NCBI RefSeq assembly: GCF_964213995.1 | Contig: NC_135801.1 | Coordinates: 150,226,001-150,290,000, forward strand | Origin: Mustelus asterias | Taxonomy: Eukaryota | Direction: 5' to 3' | Length of the DNA: 64,000 nucleotides | Shown here: positions 62,165 through 64,000 of the stretch, one piece after another | How the letters are laid out: every line of letters starts with the position of its first letter | Numbering within the stretch: the first letter of the stretch is position 1 | Program-made: the position numbers and the translations under genes | Notes under the pieces: generated by a model | Databases searched by the model: none | The model's input: only the letters and a program-made list of their open reading frames with translations | Told to the model about the DNA's origin: nothing

Positions 62165-62535
62165 TGGGCACATAATCCAGGCCGATGCTCAGATGCAGTA
62201 CTGAAGGAGTACTGCTGCAGTGTTGAAGGTGCCTTCTTTTGAATGAGACCTTAAACTTAATTTTGGTCTACCCTCTCAGTTTGATGTAAAGGATCCCATG
62301 GCAACATTTGAAGAAGAGCAGAAAAATTCTTCCTTGTGTCTTGGCCAATATTTATCCCTCAGTCAACATCACATAAAGTAGAATATTTGGTCATTACCAC
62401 ACATTGCTGGGTTACAAAGTGGCTGCCATGGGCCCAAATTGCAATATTAGCTGCACTTCAAAATTACTTCAATGGCTGTAAATCACTTTGGGACATTCTG
62501 CATTTGTGAAATATGTTATATAGAAGCAAACTCTC
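62165..62535 (+). mobile_element. Deu-domain SINE (SacSINE/AmnSINE-like) with an L2-type tail
   Basis: gcagtactgaaggagt...gatgtaaaggatcccatggc...gaagaagagc...ggccaatatttatccctca...cactttgggacattctg...atatagaagcaa. Confidence 0.7.
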
Positions 62536-62909
62536 TCCCTAAATGGAATGGATGCTACATTTGACTTCAGCGTCTTCAGCTGCAGAGGAAAAACATGAGC
62601 TAGGACTATGGCTTACCCTTATGGCTATGCAACCCCTTCTGGAGGTTATAATGTGCAAACACTGAGTGAGGATAGGGATAGACTCAATTAAGTTGTTCCC
62701 AATGGCCAAATAATCTGTCAATATTTACAGTCTAATCTCACATATGCAGATTGGCCGGTTGAGTGAGGTGACATGAGAAGAAACAAACAGGAAGAAAGAA
62801 CAAAAATTAATGGAAAGGAGAAACAAAAAGATGAAGATAATAAGGGATGATGGAAGTGTGCCAGACAGTAATAGAGAAAATTTCTACAATCCAGTAATTG
62901 AGCAGGGTT

Positions 62910-63615
62910 GGTTGCGTAGTTGTATTACAGCTGGACTGGGAATCTAGAGACTTCAGGGACATGAGTTCAAATCCCACCATGGCAAATGAGGAATTTAAAT
63001 TCAATTAATTAATAAGCAGGAATAAAATATTAGTCTCAGTAATAATAACTATGAAACTACTGGATTGTAATAAAAAATATTTCTGGTTCACTCACATTCT
63101 TTAGGGAAGTCAAGAACTAGAGGACACAGCCTCAAAATAAGGGGGAGTCAGTTTAGGACAGAGTTGAGGAGGAACTTCTTCTCTCAGAGGGTAGTGAATC
63201 TCTGGAATTCCCTGCCCATTGTAGCAGTGGAGGCTACCTGGTTAAATATGTTTAAGTCACAGGTAGATAGATTTCTGATCAATAAGGGAATTAAGGGTTA
63301 TGGGGAATAGGCGGGTAAGTGGAACTAAACCACTATCAGATCAGCCATGATCTTATTGAATGGCGGGGCAGGCTCAAGGGGCTAGATGGCCTACTCCTGC
63401 TCCTATTTCTTATGTTCTTATGCCGTCCTGACCCAGTCTGGCTTATATATGACCCCCCATGCAGACCACAGTAATGTGGTTGACTCTGAGCTCTCCTCTG
63501 AACTGGCCTAGCAAACCAATCAGTTGTACTAAGCTGCTACAGAAAAGTTACAGATCAGGAAGGTGGCCGCTCACTGCCCTCTCAAGGGCAATTAGAGATG
63601 GGGACGAGTGACACT
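62910..63615 (+). mobile_element. SINE family B interrupted by a CR1 3' fragment
   Basis: Head gagttcaaatcccaccatggc; split at tttagggaag|...|gccgtcctgacccagtctgg; tail ctcaagggcaattagagatggg. Confidence 0.8.
63110..63422 (+). mobile_element. CR1 3' fragment, subfamily D
   Basis: Near-identical to 16150-16460; (ttcttatg)n tail. Confidence 0.92.
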
Positions 63616-64000
63616 TGTTCTGAAAATGAATTTTAAACATTGAGCGTTAGATTGTTGGGCTTATGCCAATCATTTTCAAAGGTTGTCTCAATGGTACAAA
63701 TTAACAGCTTTAATCCACTACCTGTAAGTGCAAGGCAAGTGACATATGGACCCCAACTCAATGTTTTGGTGCATGTATAACATGTATTTTACAAGTCTTT
63801 CATGCAAGCATAAGAACATCAAAAATGCACTATTCTTGATGAGATATTGTACTAATTATACATATCCTGCTCATGATAAAGTGTGCAGTCATAGGATGCA
63901 ATATAGATGAATTTTTAAGAATGTCGTTGCTGTTCTTTTTGCGTGGTTTCATTCATTGGGGACTGAAGAACAAGGTAACAGAACTCAGAGAGAGTGCTAT

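Overview
Eukaryotic, repeat-dense vertebrate DNA, most likely a shark or other elasmobranch (inferred from HE1-type V-SINEs and many CR1/HER1-type LINEs). Most of the window is a transposon graveyard: at least five CR1 subfamilies, several SINE families, Rex1-like and L2-like fragments, Harbinger-type MITEs and short Penelope-type terminal-repeat remnants with degenerate minimal hammerhead cores. It holds one nearly full-length young CR1 (about 42989-46876) with a 5'-clipped SGNH-esterase ORF1 and an uninterrupted 970-codon APE-RT ORF2, and one complete Buster/Charlie/SPIN-clade hAT transposon (28122-31959, TIRs plus 8-bp TSD) with a decayed transposase. Best observation: the CR1 ORF1/ORF2 junction has an in-phase T_TTA_AAC slippery heptamer immediately before the ORF1 stop, ORF2 is in the -1 frame, and ORF2 has no AUG before its endonuclease catalytic motifs. 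This makes it a candidate programmed -1 ribosomal frameshift. A repeat-poor block (about 54.6-59.9 kb) and a 21-nt microexon-like segment at 8300-8320 suggest the window is the 5' end and a long intron of an unidentified minus-strand host gene. No prokaryotic features, rRNA, bona fide tRNA or CRISPR arrays were seen. Boundaries of degraded repeats are approximate and were set by eye.
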